Part shown: in pieces, positions 1-11,179 of the stretch | Layout: each line of letters starts with the position of its first letter | Position numbering within the stretch: the stretch's first letter is position 1 | NCBI GenBank assembly: GCA_002269645.1 | Contig: NIVC01005071.1 | Coordinates: 1-27,024 of the forward strand | Direction of reading: 5' to 3' | DNA from: Macrostomum lignano | Taxonomy: Eukaryota | DNA: 27,024 nt | Program-made: the position numbers and the translations under genes | Notes under the pieces: generated by a model | Database searches by the model: none | Told to the model about the DNA's origin: nothing | Seen by the model: only the letters and a program-made list of their open reading frames with translations

Positions 1-3000
1 TGTTAGACTCACAGAGATTCTGTTAGACTCAGAGAGATGCTGTTAGACTCACAGAGAGATTCTGTTAGACTCAGAGTGATTCTGTTAGACTCAGAGAGAT
101 TCTGTTAGACTCAGAGAGATTCTGTTAGACTCAGAGATTCTGTTAGACTCAGAGAGATTCTGTTAGACTCAGAGAGTTCTGTTAGACTCAGAGAGATTCT
201 GTTAGACTCACAGAGATTCCGTTAGACTCACAGAGATTCTGTTAGACTCACAGAGATTCTGTGTAGACTCAGAGAGATTCTGTTAGACTCAGAGAGATTC
301 TGTTAGACCTCAGAGAGATTGCTGTTAGACTCACAGAGATTCTGTTAGACTCAGTGCTGTGATTCTGTTAGACTCAGAGAGATTCTGTTAGACTCACAGA
401 GATTCTGTGTAGACTCACAGAGATTCTGTTAGACTCACAGAGATTCTGTTAGACTCAGAGAGATTCTGTTAGACTCAGAGAGATTCTGTTAGACTCAGAG
501 AGATTCTGTTAGACTCACAGAGATTCTGTTAGATCACAGAGATTCTGTTAGACTCAGCAGATTCTGTTAGACTCAGAGAGTTCTGTTAGACTCAGAGATT
601 CTGTTAGACTCAGAGAGATTCTGTTAGACTCACAGAGATTCTGTTAGACTCAGAGATATTCTGTTAGACTCAGAGATTCTGTTAGACTCAGAGAGATTCA
701 GAGAGATTCTGTTAGACTCACAGAGATTCTGTTAGACTCAGGGAGATTCTGTTAGACTCAGAGAGTTCTGTTAGACTCACAGAGATTCTGTTAGACTCAG
801 AGAGATTCTGTTAGACTCAGAGAGATTCTGTTAGACTCAGAGAGTTCTGTTAGACTCACAGAGATTCTGTTAGACTCACAGAGATTCTGTTAGACTCACA
901 GAGATTCTGTTAGACTCAGAGAGTTCTGTTAGACTCAGAGAGATTCTGTTAGACTCAGAGAGATTCTGTTAGACTCACAGAGATTCTGTTAGACTCAGAG
1001 AGATTCTGTTAGACCAGAGAGATTCTGTTAGACTCAAGAGATTCTGTTAGACTCACAGAGATTCTGTAGATCAGAGAGATTCTGTTAGACTCACAGAGAT
1101 TCTGTTAGACTCAGAGAGATTCTGTTAGACTCAGAGATTCTGTTAGACTCACAGAGATTCTGTTAGACTCAGAGAGATTCTGTTAGACTCAGAGAGATTC
1201 TGTTAGACTCACAGAGATTCTGTTAGACTCACAGAGATTCTGTTAGACTCAGAGAGATTCTGTTAGACTCACAGAGAGATTCTGTTAGACTCAGAGAGAT
1301 TCTGTTAGACTCAGAGAGATTCTGTTAGACTCACAGAGATTCTGTTAGACTCACAGAGATTCTGTTAGACTCAGAGAGATTCTGTTAGACTCACAGAGAT
1401 TCTGTTAGACTCAGAGAGATTCTGTTAGACTCAGAGAGATTCTGTTAGACTCACAGAGATTCTGTTAGACTCACAGAGATTCTGTTAGACTCAGAGAGAT
1501 TATTCAGAGAGATTCTGTTAGACTCAGAGAGATTCTGTTAGACTCAGAGATTCTGTTAGACTCAGAGAGATTCTGTTAGACTCAGAGAGATTCTGTTAGA
1601 CTCAGAGAGATTCTGTTAGACTCAGAGAGATTCTGTTAGACTCAGAGAGATTCTGTTAGACTCACAGAGATTCTGTTAGACTCACAGAGATTCTGTTAGA
1701 CTCAAGAGATTCTGTTAGACTCAGAGAGATTCTGTTAGACTCAGAGAGATTCTGTTAGACTCAGAGAGATTCTGTTAGACTCACAGAGATTCTGTTAGAC
1801 TCAGAGAGATTCTGTTAGACTCAGAGTGATTCTGTAGACTCAGAGAGATTCTGTTAGACTCAGAGAGATTCTGTTAGACTCAGAGAGATTCTGTTAGACT
1901 CAGAGAGATTCTGTTAGACTCAGAGAGATTCTGTTAGACTCAGAGAGATTCTGTTAGACTCACAGAGATTCTGTTAGACTCACAGAGATTCTGTTAGACT
2001 CAGAGAGATTCTGTTAGACTCAGAGAGATTCTGTTAGACTCAGAGAGATTCTGTTAGACTCAGAGAGATTCTGTTAGACTCAGAGAGATTCTGTTAGACT
2101 CAGAGAGATTCTGTTAGACTCAGAGAGATTCTGTTAGACTCACAGAGATTCTGTTAGACTCACAGAGATTCTGTTAGACTCACAGAGAGATTCTGTTAGA
2201 CTCAGAGAGATTCTGTTAGACTCAGAGAGATTCTGTTAGACTCAGAGAGATTCTGTTAGACTCACAGAGATTCTGTTAGACTCACAGAGATTCTGTTAGA
2301 CTCAGAGAGATTCTGTTAGACTCAGAGAGATTCTGTTAGACTCAGAGAGATTCTGTTAGACTCAGAGAGATTCTGTTAGACTCAGAGAGATTCTGTTAGA
2401 CTCAGAGAGATTCTGTTAGACTCAGAGAGATTCTGTTAGACTCAGAGAGATTCTGTTAGACTCAGAGAGATTCTGTTAGACTCACAGAGATTCTGTTAGA
2501 CTCACAGAGATTCTGTTAGACTCAGAGAGATTCTGTTAGACTCAGAGAGATTCTGTTAGACTCAGAGAGATTCTGTTAGACTCACAGAGATTCTGTTAGA
2601 CTCAGAGAGATTCTGTTAGACTCAGAGAGATTCTGTTAGACTCAGAGAGATTCTGTTAGACTCAGAGAGATTCTGTTAGACTCAGAGATTCTGTTAGACT
2701 CAGAGAGATTCTGTTAGACTCAGAGAGATTCTGTTAGACTCAGAGAGATTCTGTTAGACTCACAGAGATTCTGTTAGACTCAGAGAGATTCTGTTAGACT
2801 CAGAGAGATTCTGTTAGACTCAGAGAGATTCTGTTAGACTCACAGAGATTCTGTTAGACTCACAGAGATTCTGTTAGACTCACAGAGATTCTGTTAGACT
2901 CAGAGAGATTCTGTTAGACTCAGAGAGATTCTGTTAGACTCAGAGAGATTCTGTTAGACTCAGAGAGATTCTGTTAGACTCAGAGAGATTCTGTTAGACT

Positions 3001-4662
3001 CAGAGAGATTCTGTTAGACTCAGAGAGATTCTGTTAGACTCAGAGAGATTCTGTTAGACTCAGAGAGATTCTGTTAGACTCACAGAGATTCTGTTAGACT
3101 CAGAGAGATTCTCAGAGAGATTCTGTTAGACTCAGAGAGATTCTGTTAGACTCAGAGAGATTCTGTTAGACTCAGAGAGATTCTGTTAGACTCACAGAGA
3201 TTCTGTTAGACTCAGAGAGATTCTGTTAGACTCAGAGAGATTCTGTTAGACTCAGAGAGATTCTGTTAGACTCAGAGAGATTCTGTTAGACTCACAGAGA
3301 TTCTGTTAGACTCACAGAGATTCTGTTAGACTCAGAGAGATTCTGTTAGACTCAGAGAGATTCTGTTAGACTCAGAGAGATTCTGTTAGACTCACAGAGA
3401 TTCTGTTAGACTCAGAGAGATTCTGTTAGACTCAGAGAGATTCTGTTAGACTCAGAGAGATTCTGTTAGACTCAGAGAGATTCTGTTAGACTCAGAGAGA
3501 TTCTGTTAGACTCAGAGAGATTCTGTTAGACTCAGAGAGATTCTGTTAGACTCAGAGAGATTCTGTTAGACTCAGAGAGATTCTGTTAGACTCACAGAGA
3601 TTCTGTTAGACTCAGAGAGATTCTGTTAGACTCAGAGAGATTCTGTTAGACTCAGAGAGATTCTGTTAGACTCAGAGAGATTCTGTTAGACTCACAGAGA
3701 TTCTGTTAGACTCAGAGAGATTCTGTTAGACTCAGAGAGATTCTGTTAGACTCACAGAGATTCTGTTAGACTCACAGAGATTCTGTTAGACTCACAGAGA
3801 TTCTGTTAGACTCAGAGAGATTCTGTTAGACTCAGAGAGATTCTGTTAGACTCACAGAGATTCTGTTAGACTCACAGAGATTCTGTTAGACTCAGAGAGA
3901 TTCTGTTAGACTCAGAGAGATTCTGTTAGACTCAGAGAGATTCTGTTAGACTCAGAGAGATTCTGTTAGACTCAGAGAGATTCTGTTAGACTCAGAGAGA
4001 TTCTGTTAGACTCAGAGAGATTCTGTTAGACTCAGAGAGATTCTGTTAGACTCAGAGAGATTCTGTTAGACTCAGAGAGATTCTGTTAGACTCAGAGAGA
4101 TTCTGTTAGACTCAGAGAGATTCTGTTAGACTCACAGAGATTCTGTTAGACTCAGAGAGATTCTGTTAGACTCAGAGAGATTCTGTTAGACTCAGAGAGA
4201 TTCTGTTAGACTCAGAGAGATTCTGTTAGACTCAGAGAGATTCTGTTAGACTCAGAGAGATTCTGTTAGACTCAGAGAGATTCTGTTAGACTCAGAGAGA
4301 TTCTGTTAGACTCAGAGAGATTCTGTTAGACTCAGAGAGATTCTGTTAGACTCAGAGAGATTCTGTTAGACTCAGAGATTCTGTTAGACTCAGAGAGATT
4401 CTGTTAGACTCAGAGAGATTCTGTTAGACTCAGAGAGATTCTGTTAGACTCAGAGAGATTCTGTTAGACTCAGAGAGATTCTGTTAGACTCAGAGAGATT
4501 CTGTTAGACTCAGAGAGATTCTGTTAGACTCAGAGAGATTCTGTTAGACTCAGAGAGATTCTGTTAGACTCAGAGAGATTCTGTTAGACTCAGAGAGATT
4601 CTGTTAGACTCAGAGAGATTCTGTTAGACTCAGAGATTCTGTTAGACTCACTGTTAGACTCA
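1..4662. repeat. 20-bp tandem satellite (CAGAGAGATTCTGTTAGACT / CACAGAGATTCTGTTAGACT), ~230 copies, open at the window start
   Basis: Exact 20-bp periodicity read directly. One recurrent G/C variant position; scattered indel-variant units mostly in 1-1850; ends at ...CTGTTAGACTCA 4662. Confidence 0.98.
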
Positions 4663-4963
4663 TGCTGCGTTCATGGGCCATGGTTTGAGTTGCTCTAAGA
4701 TTTCAAGTAGAAATCATAAAAGAATTGAATGTACACATTCATTGCTTTCACCAGTCCGTACAACACAATCGATCTAAGAGAATACGTACAAATTCAATTC
4801 ATTTTTCACCCACCACCCAAGAAGTTCTGCTAAACCAAATTTATGGGCTTCTTTAAAAGTGAGTGAGAACAATGTTCTGAGAGGTCTGGTACCTATTATG
4901 AGTAACAATCGATGTGTGCAATGCTGTAAAGGCTGTAAAGGCTTGTACACACATTCTCGGCTT

Positions 4964-5058
4964 CTCATTGGCTCGTGGAGGAATGGCCGAAACCCCACAT
5001 ATTTCGATCGCTGCTTTCTGTGACTTATAAAGAAACGCAGCGTGGACGCACAGGTCAC
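4964..5058 (+). promoter_or_regulatory. Probable core promoter of the carbonic anhydrase gene (inverted CCAAT/NF-Y box, TATA box, Inr-like)
   Basis: CTCATTGGCT (reverse AGCCAATGAG) at 4964-4973, TATAAAG at 5026-5032, and TCAC at 5055-5058 with its A 31 nt after the first T of the TATA box. ATG at 5096. Motif spacing only, no TSS data. Confidence 0.6.
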
Positions 5059-5095
5059 GCCCAGGCCTGCAACTGATCGACAGCAACAGCAAGCG

Positions 5096-5371
5096 ATGCA
5101 TCGCATTCTGCTTATCTTCGACCTGTCAGTCCCGGCCCTGCTGCTGCTTGCGGCCCTGCTTCTCGGGACCAGACCTGTGGTTCACGGATCCAATATCGAG
5201 CACGGCACCTGGGACTATGAGTCCAGGGGTCCCAGCACCTGGGCGAAGTCATTCCCGCAGTATTGCTCTGGCAGGAAGCAGAGTCCAATTAATCTCAGCT
5301 TGGCGGACTCGCTGGTAGACCCGAAACTGTCCGAGTACAGCATTAGGGAGACTGAGAATGCTCAGTTCACT
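5096..5371 (+). CDS. Alpha-carbonic anhydrase, exon 1 (signal peptide + N-terminal CA motifs)
   Basis: ATG at 5096 (the track's 5042 start is a GTG). Hydrophobic leader LLLLAALLLG, then WDYESRGPSTW..YCSGRKQSPINL (alpha-CA W-x-Y...W...C...QSPI motif). Ends at ACT|GTGAGT, phase-0 donor at 5372. Confidence 0.93.
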
Positions 5372-5401
5372 GTGAGTTCCCGGCTGCGGCTGACTGATCT
5401 G

Positions 5402-8400
5402 TCTCTGCCTTCCTTCTCCTTCTCCCTCTCCCTCTCCTGTCTCCCTCTCCTTCTCCCTCTCCCTCTCCTGTCTCCCTCTCCTTCTCCCTCTCCCTCCTGT
5501 CTCCCTCTCCTTCTCCCTCTCCCTCTCCTGTCTCCCTCTCCTTCTCCCTCTCCCTCTCCCTCTCCTGTCTCCCTCTCTCTCTCCCTCTCCCTCTCTCCCT
5601 CTCCCTCTCCCTTTCCTTCTCCCTCTCCCTCTCCTGTCTCTCTCCCTTTCCTTCTCCCTCTCCCTCTCCCTCTCCCTCTCCTGTCTCCCTCTCTCTCCCT
5701 CTCCCTCTCCTTTCCTTCTCCCTCTCCCTCTCCTGTCTCTCTCCCTTTTCTTCTCCCTCTCCCTCTCCTGTCTCTCTCCCTTTCCTTCTCCCTCTCCCTC
5801 TCCTGTCTCTCTCCCTTTCCTTCTCCCTCTCCCTCTCTCTCCCTCTCCCTCTCCCTCTCCTGTCTCCCTCTCTCTCCCTCTCCCTCTCCCTTTCCTTCTC
5901 CCTCTCCCTCTCCTGTCTCTCTCCCTTTCCTTCTCCCTCTCCCTCTCCATCTCCCTTTCCTTCTCCCTCTCCCTCTCCCTCTCTCTCTCTCTCTCCCTTT
6001 CCTTCTCCCTCTCCCTCTCCTGTCTCTCTCCCTTTCCTTCTCCCTCTCCTCTCCTGTCTCTCTCCCTTCCTTCTCCCTCTCCCTCTCCTGTCTCTCTCCC
6101 TTTCCTTCTCCCTCTCCCTCTCCATCTCCCTTTCCTTCTCCCTCTCCCTCTCCTGTCTCTCTCCCTTTCCTTCTCCCTCTACCTCTCCTGTCTCTCTCCC
6201 TTTCCTTCTCCCTCTCCCTCTCCATCTCCCTTTCCTTCTCCCTCTCCCTCTCCCTCTCTCTCTCTCCCTTTCCTTCTCCCTCTCCCTCTCCTGTCTCTCT
6301 CCCTTTCCTTCTCCCTCTCCCTCTCCTGTCTCTCTCCCTTTCCTTCTCCCTCTCCCTCTCCATCTCCCTCTCCCTCTCCCTCTCCTGTCTCCCTCTCCTT
6401 CTCCCTCTCCCTCTCCTGTCTCCCTCTCCTTCTCCCTCTCCCTCTCCCTCTCCTGTCTCCCTCTCTCTCTCCTCTCCCTCTCTCCCTCTCCCTCTCCCTT
6501 TCCTTCTCCCTCTCCCTCTCCTGTCTCTCTCCCTTTCCTTCTCCCTCTCCCTCTCCCTCTCCCTCTCCTGTCTCCCTCTCTCTCCTTCTCCCTTTCCTTC
6601 TCCCTCTCCCTCTCCCTCTCTCTCTCTCCCTTTCCTTCTCCCTCTCCCTCTCTCTCCCTCTCCCTCTCCATCTCCCTTTCCTTCTCCCTCTCCCTCTCCA
6701 TCTCCCTTTCCTTCTCCCTCTCCCTCTCCCTCTCTCTCTCTCTCCCTTTCCTTCTCCCTCTCCCTCTCTCTCCCTCTCCCTCTCCCTCTCCCTCTCCCTT
6801 TCCTTCTCCGTCTCCCTCTCCTGTCTCTCTCCCTTTCCTTCTCCCTCTCCCTCTCCATCTCCCTTTCCTTCTCCCTCTCCCTCTCCTGTCTCTCTCCCTT
6901 TCCTTCTCCCTCTCCCTCTCTCTCCCTCTCCCTCTCCTGTCTCTCTCCCTTTCCTTCTCCCTCTCCCTCTCTCTCTCCCTTTCCTTCTCCCTCTCCCTCT
7001 TCTCCTCTCTCCCTCTCCTTCTCCTGTCTCCTTTTCCCTCTCCCTCTCCCTCTCCTGTCTCCTTTTCCCTCTCCCTCTCCCTCTCCCTCTCCCTCTCCCT
7101 CTCCCTCTCCCTCTCCTGTCTCCTCTCTCTCCTCTCCTCTCCCTTTCCTTCTCCCTCTCCCTCTCCTGTCTCTCTCCCTTTCCTTCTCCCTCTCCCTCTC
7201 CATCTCCCTTTCCTTCTCCCTCTCCCTCTCCTGTCTCTCTCCCTCTCCCTCTCCCTCTCCTGTCTCCCTCTCTCTCCCTCTCCCTCTCCCTTTCTTCTCC
7301 TTCTCCCTCTCCTGTCTCTCTCCCTTTCCTTCTCCCTCTCCCTCTCCATCTCCCTTTCCTTCTCCCTCTCCCTCTCCTGCCTCTCTCCCTCTCCCTCTCC
7401 TCTCCCTCTCCCTCTCCTGTCTCCTCTCTCTCCCTCTCCTCTCCCTTTCCTTCTCCCTCTCCCTCTCCTGTCTCTCTCCCTTTCCTTCTCCCTCTCCCTC
7501 TCCATCTCTCTTTCCTTCTCCCTCTCCCTCTCCCTCTCCTTCTCCTGTCTCCTTTTCCCTCTCCCTCTCCTGTCTCTCTCCCTTTCCTTCTCCCTCTCCC
7601 TCTCCCTCTCCCTCTCCTGTCTCCCTCTCTCTCCCTCTCCCTCTCCCTTTCCTTCTCCCTCTCCCTCTCCTGTCTCTCTCCCTTTCCTTCTCCCTCTCCC
7701 TCTCCATCTCCCTTTCCTTCTCCCTCTCCCTCTCCTGTCTCTCTCCCTTTCCTTCTCCCTCTCCCTCTCTCTCCCTCTCCCTCTCCCTCTCCTGTCTCCT
7801 TCTCCCTCTCCCTCTCCCTCTCCGTTTCCTTCTCCCTCTCCCTCTCCCTCTCTCTCTCTCTCCCTTTCCTTCTCCCTCTCCCTCTCTCTCCCTCTCCCTC
7901 TCCTTCTCCCTTTCCTTCTCCCTCTCCCTCTCCCTCTCTCTCTCTCCCTTTCCTTCTCCCTCTCCCTCTCTCTCCCTCTCCCTCTCCATCTCCCTTTCCT
8001 TCTCCCTCTCCCTCTCCATCTCCCTTTCCTTCTCCCTCTCCCTCTCCTCTCTCTCTCTCTCTCCCTTTCCTTCTCCCTCTCCTCTCTCTCCCTCTCCCTC
8101 TCCCTCTCCCTCTCCCTTTCCTTCTCCGTCTCCCTCTCCTGTCTCTCTCCCTTTCCTTCTCCCTCTACCTCTCCATCTCCCTTTCCTTCTCCCTCTCCCT
8201 CTCCCTCTCTCTCTCTCTCCCTTTCCTTCTCCCTCTCCCTCTCTCTCCCTCTCCCTCTCCTGTCTCTCTCCCTTTCCTTCTCCCTCTCCCTCTCTCTCTC
8301 CCTTTCCTTCTCCCTCTCCCTCTCTCTCCCTCTCCCTCTCCTTCTCCTGTCTCCTTTTCCCTCTCCCTCTCCCTCTCCTGTCTCCTTTTCCCTCTCCCTC

Positions 8401-8469
8401 TCCCTCTCCCTCTCCTGTCTCCTTTTCCCTCTCCCTCTCCCTCTCTCTCCCTCCGTCCCTCTGCCTCTC
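5402..8469. repeat. ~3.1-kb polypyrimidine/polypurine tract, (TCTCCC)n with TTTCCTTC, CCTGTC and CCATC variants, filling CA intron 1 (5372-8558)
   Basis: Almost purely C/T on +. Explains the 1267-, 1053-, 1034- and 233-aa low-complexity ORFs in the track. Confidence 0.97.
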
Positions 8470-8558
8470 ATTTTCCGTGCATTTCACAGTGTCACCCCAG
8501 AATGAATTGGCTCTGTCTAACACAGCGCCTCACCTCCTGAACCCAAACACCCAATCAG

Positions 8559-8898
8559 CTGACTCTGTCAAACGACGGCCACAAGCTGCTGGTCAGCATG
8601 GGCTCCGACCTGGTGATCAAAATTGGCCAAGGCGACAAGATGTACTACACTGCCAGCCAGCTGCACTGGCACTGGGGCGCCGACAACAGACGAGGCTCCG
8701 AGCACACGATGGAGGGTCGAGCCTACCCCCTGGAGGGCCATCTGGTGTTTTACAACAGCTACGATTATGCCAATTTCAGCGTTGCAGTGCACAGAGTCGG
8801 CGGCCTGGCTGTGCTGGGTGTTTTCTACGAATTGTCCGACACTGATAACCCCCTGCTGCTGCGGCTGGAGCCCTACCTGCCTCAGCTGGTCAATTTCA
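8559..8898 (+). CDS. Alpha-carbonic anhydrase, exon 2 (His64 equivalent and the three Zn ligands)
   Basis: Acceptor AATCAG|8559 gives LTLSNDGHKL (NNGH-type motif), SQLHWHWG, GSEH, YPLEGHLV, GGLAVLGV. Donor TTC A|GTGAGT at 8899, phase 1. Confidence 0.95.
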
Positions 8899-8949
8899 GT
8901 GAGTCTGCCACCTCTGCTTATTTGATCCTAATTGGACATGACAATTAAT

Positions 8950-9352
8950 TGAATCTCATCTCATCTGGTCTCATTTTAGCTAGTCTTACCCCATCCAATC
9001 TAATCCCATCTGTAATCTCATCCTATCTAATCTCACCACATTTAATCCCAGTCTCATCAAATCTCGCCCCATCCAATTTCACCGCATCCTATCTCACCCC
9101 ATCAAACCTCACCTTATCCAATCTCACCCCCTCGATGCATTCTCACCCATCAAATCTCACCCCATCAAATCTCACCCCATCAAATCTCACCCCGTCAAAT
9201 CTCACCCCATCAAATCTCACCCCATCAAATCTCACCCCATCAAATCCCACCCAGCAAATCTCACCCCATCAAATCTCACCCCATCAAATCTCACCCCATC
9301 AAATCTCACTCCATCAAATCTCACCCCATCAAATCTCACCCCATCAAATCGA
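8950..9352. repeat. 15-bp minisatellite (AAATCTCACCCCATC), degenerate 5' half, in CA intron 2 (8899-9364)
   Basis: Near-perfect copies 9145-9350; diverged copies from ~8950. Confidence 0.92.
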
Positions 9353-9364
9353 TCCCAACCGCAG

Positions 9365-9807
9365 AGACATCCGTGGACGTGAAGTTCAACTCCTCCGACT
9401 TCAACTTTGTTGACGCCTTCCTGCCGAAGTACCGGCGCTATTTCTATCGCTACGAAGGCGGCCTGACCACGCCGACCTGCAACGAGAACGTGCTGTGGAC
9501 CGTCTTCCGCTCGGCGTCACAGGTGAGCGCCCGCCAGCTCAAGCTGCTCCGCTCGCTGCGCTACCCGAGCGGCAAGGCCATGGTGGACAATTACCGGCCG
9601 CCGCAGCCGCTGAACTCGCCGCACAGGCCCGGCGCGAATCGACTGGTCTATCGGACTTTCGACCGGCGCGGCCGAGCTTCCGGAGACTCCGGCTTTCTCG
9701 TCGACGTCCCCGGCGACACCTGCGGCGCTTTGGGCAGCGCCGGCGGCGCCTCCGCCGTTGCGCTGCTGCCCGCCGCCGTCTTGTCGGGCTGGCGAGCAAT
9801 TTATTGA
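9365..9807 (+). CDS. Alpha-carbonic anhydrase, exon 3 (TTP motif, NYRP motif, hydrophobic C-terminal tail)
   Basis: Acceptor CCGCAG|9365 restores the frame with the phase-1 donor (A+AG = Lys). YRYEGGLTTPTCNENVLW and DNYRPPQPLN; TGA at 9805-9807. Spliced CDS is 276+340+443 = 1059 nt = 352 aa + stop. Confidence 0.95.
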
Positions 9808-10110
9808 TTTTTCTCGCCGCTTTTAAAATAATCCGAAAATACGCTAATCAGGCTACTAACTTCTATTTAACTAGTAGTAAGAAAAACGTTTTATCGTTTT
9901 TATCGTGTGAACAATTTTTTTAATTGGCTTTATTGATAGCAATTTTTAGTTTACGATTTTTGCTAGCAATTCATAAACATTTCTTTTACCAAATTTAATA
10001 ATTCAAGCCAGGGTATCGCAGCTGAAGGATTAGCCACATTCTGACCAATAGTATGTTGCAATTTTATATAGCTTCTGCCTCGATTTTCTTTATCATAATT
10101 TGTACTACTC

Positions 10111-10116
10111 AATAAA
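10111..10116 (+). terminator. Candidate poly(A) signal of the carbonic anhydrase gene
   Basis: AATAAA ~300 nt after the stop in AT-rich sequence; a second AATAAA at 10262-10267. Confidence 0.45.
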
Positions 10117-10439
10117 AATATCCTGCTTCTTTAATTTATCCTTAAACTGAATAATCTAGATATCCCGCTTTGAACTGATTAGTTCATTTTTATTTATAAT
10201 TTCGCTTTATCCTAAAAAAGTTTTAATTAAATATCAATTTATTTCGCGGACAAAAAATGAAAATAAACCAAATATTTGAATTTCAGCACATTTTTGCTTG
10301 ATCGCAACTTGCAATGACGGTCGGGTGTTTTTATTTGCAATCTTTTTTATCAAGCCTTGACTTCTTGAAACAATAACCGTATCTGTGACTTTTTATGAAC
10401 CTTTGTGTGACTTTATGACCTTTTGTGACATTTTAATGA

Positions 10440-10890
10440 ACCTTTGTGACTTTATGACCCTATCTGTGACTATTATCCTATCTGTGACTCTGACCCTATC
10501 TGTGACTCTGACCCTATCAGTGGCACTATGACCCTATCTGGGACACTATGACCCTATCTGGGACACTATGACCCTATCTGTGACTCTATGACGCTATATG
10601 TGACTCTATTGACCCAGGTGTGATTATTTGACCCTATCTGTGGCTCTATGACCCTACCTGTGGCTCTATGACCCTATCTGTGGCTCTATGACCCTATCTG
10701 TGGCTCTATGACCCTATCTGTGGCTCTATGACCCTATCTGTGACTCTGACCCTACCTGTGGCTCTATGACCCTATCTGTGGCTCTATGACCCTATCTGTG
10801 GCTCTATGACCCTATCTGTGGCTCTATGACCCTATCTGTGGCTCTATGACCCTATCTGTGACTCTATGACCCTATCTGTCGTAGAGTCAC
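10440..10890. repeat. 20-bp minisatellite (GACCCTATCTGTGGCTCTAT), degenerate flanks to ~10380 and ~11070
   Basis: 20-bp period is clear at 10620-10877; 18-bp deletion variants present. Confidence 0.93.
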
Positions 10891-11179
10891 TGTCATGGAG
10901 TCCCTATCTGTGACTTTGTAACCATTGTGCATGACTTTATAAGGGTTTTACCCTTACATGTATGTGACAATTATGAGCCTATCTGTGACTGACTTAACCT
11001 ATGGCTCCTACATGTAATGCGTGACTCAATGATTATCTGTAACTCTGTGATCCCCTATTCTCTGTGACTGTATGACTGTTTAAATAAAAATTGTATTAGT
11101 ATAATATTATTAATATTACTACATGCATGTAGATTATATCAGATTAGTAGATCAAAAGCGTAAATACATGTATCATCAC

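Noticed and set aside
5042-8845. 1267-aa ORF and the antisense 1053-, 1034- and 233-aa E/R/G-rich ORFs
   Set aside because: They read through the stop-free (TCTCCC)n intron. Only 5096-5371 is coding, and the CA motifs resume in another frame at 8559.
8949-9413. 154-aa SNLTP/QISPH-repeat ORF
   Set aside because: Translation of the 15-bp intronic minisatellite between valid GT-AG sites.
10440-10890. Common ancestry with the first satellite (both 20 bp; TCTGT-TA-GACTC vs TCTGT-GACTC)
   Set aside because: Only about 10 shared bases with a gap; cannot be distinguished from chance by eye.
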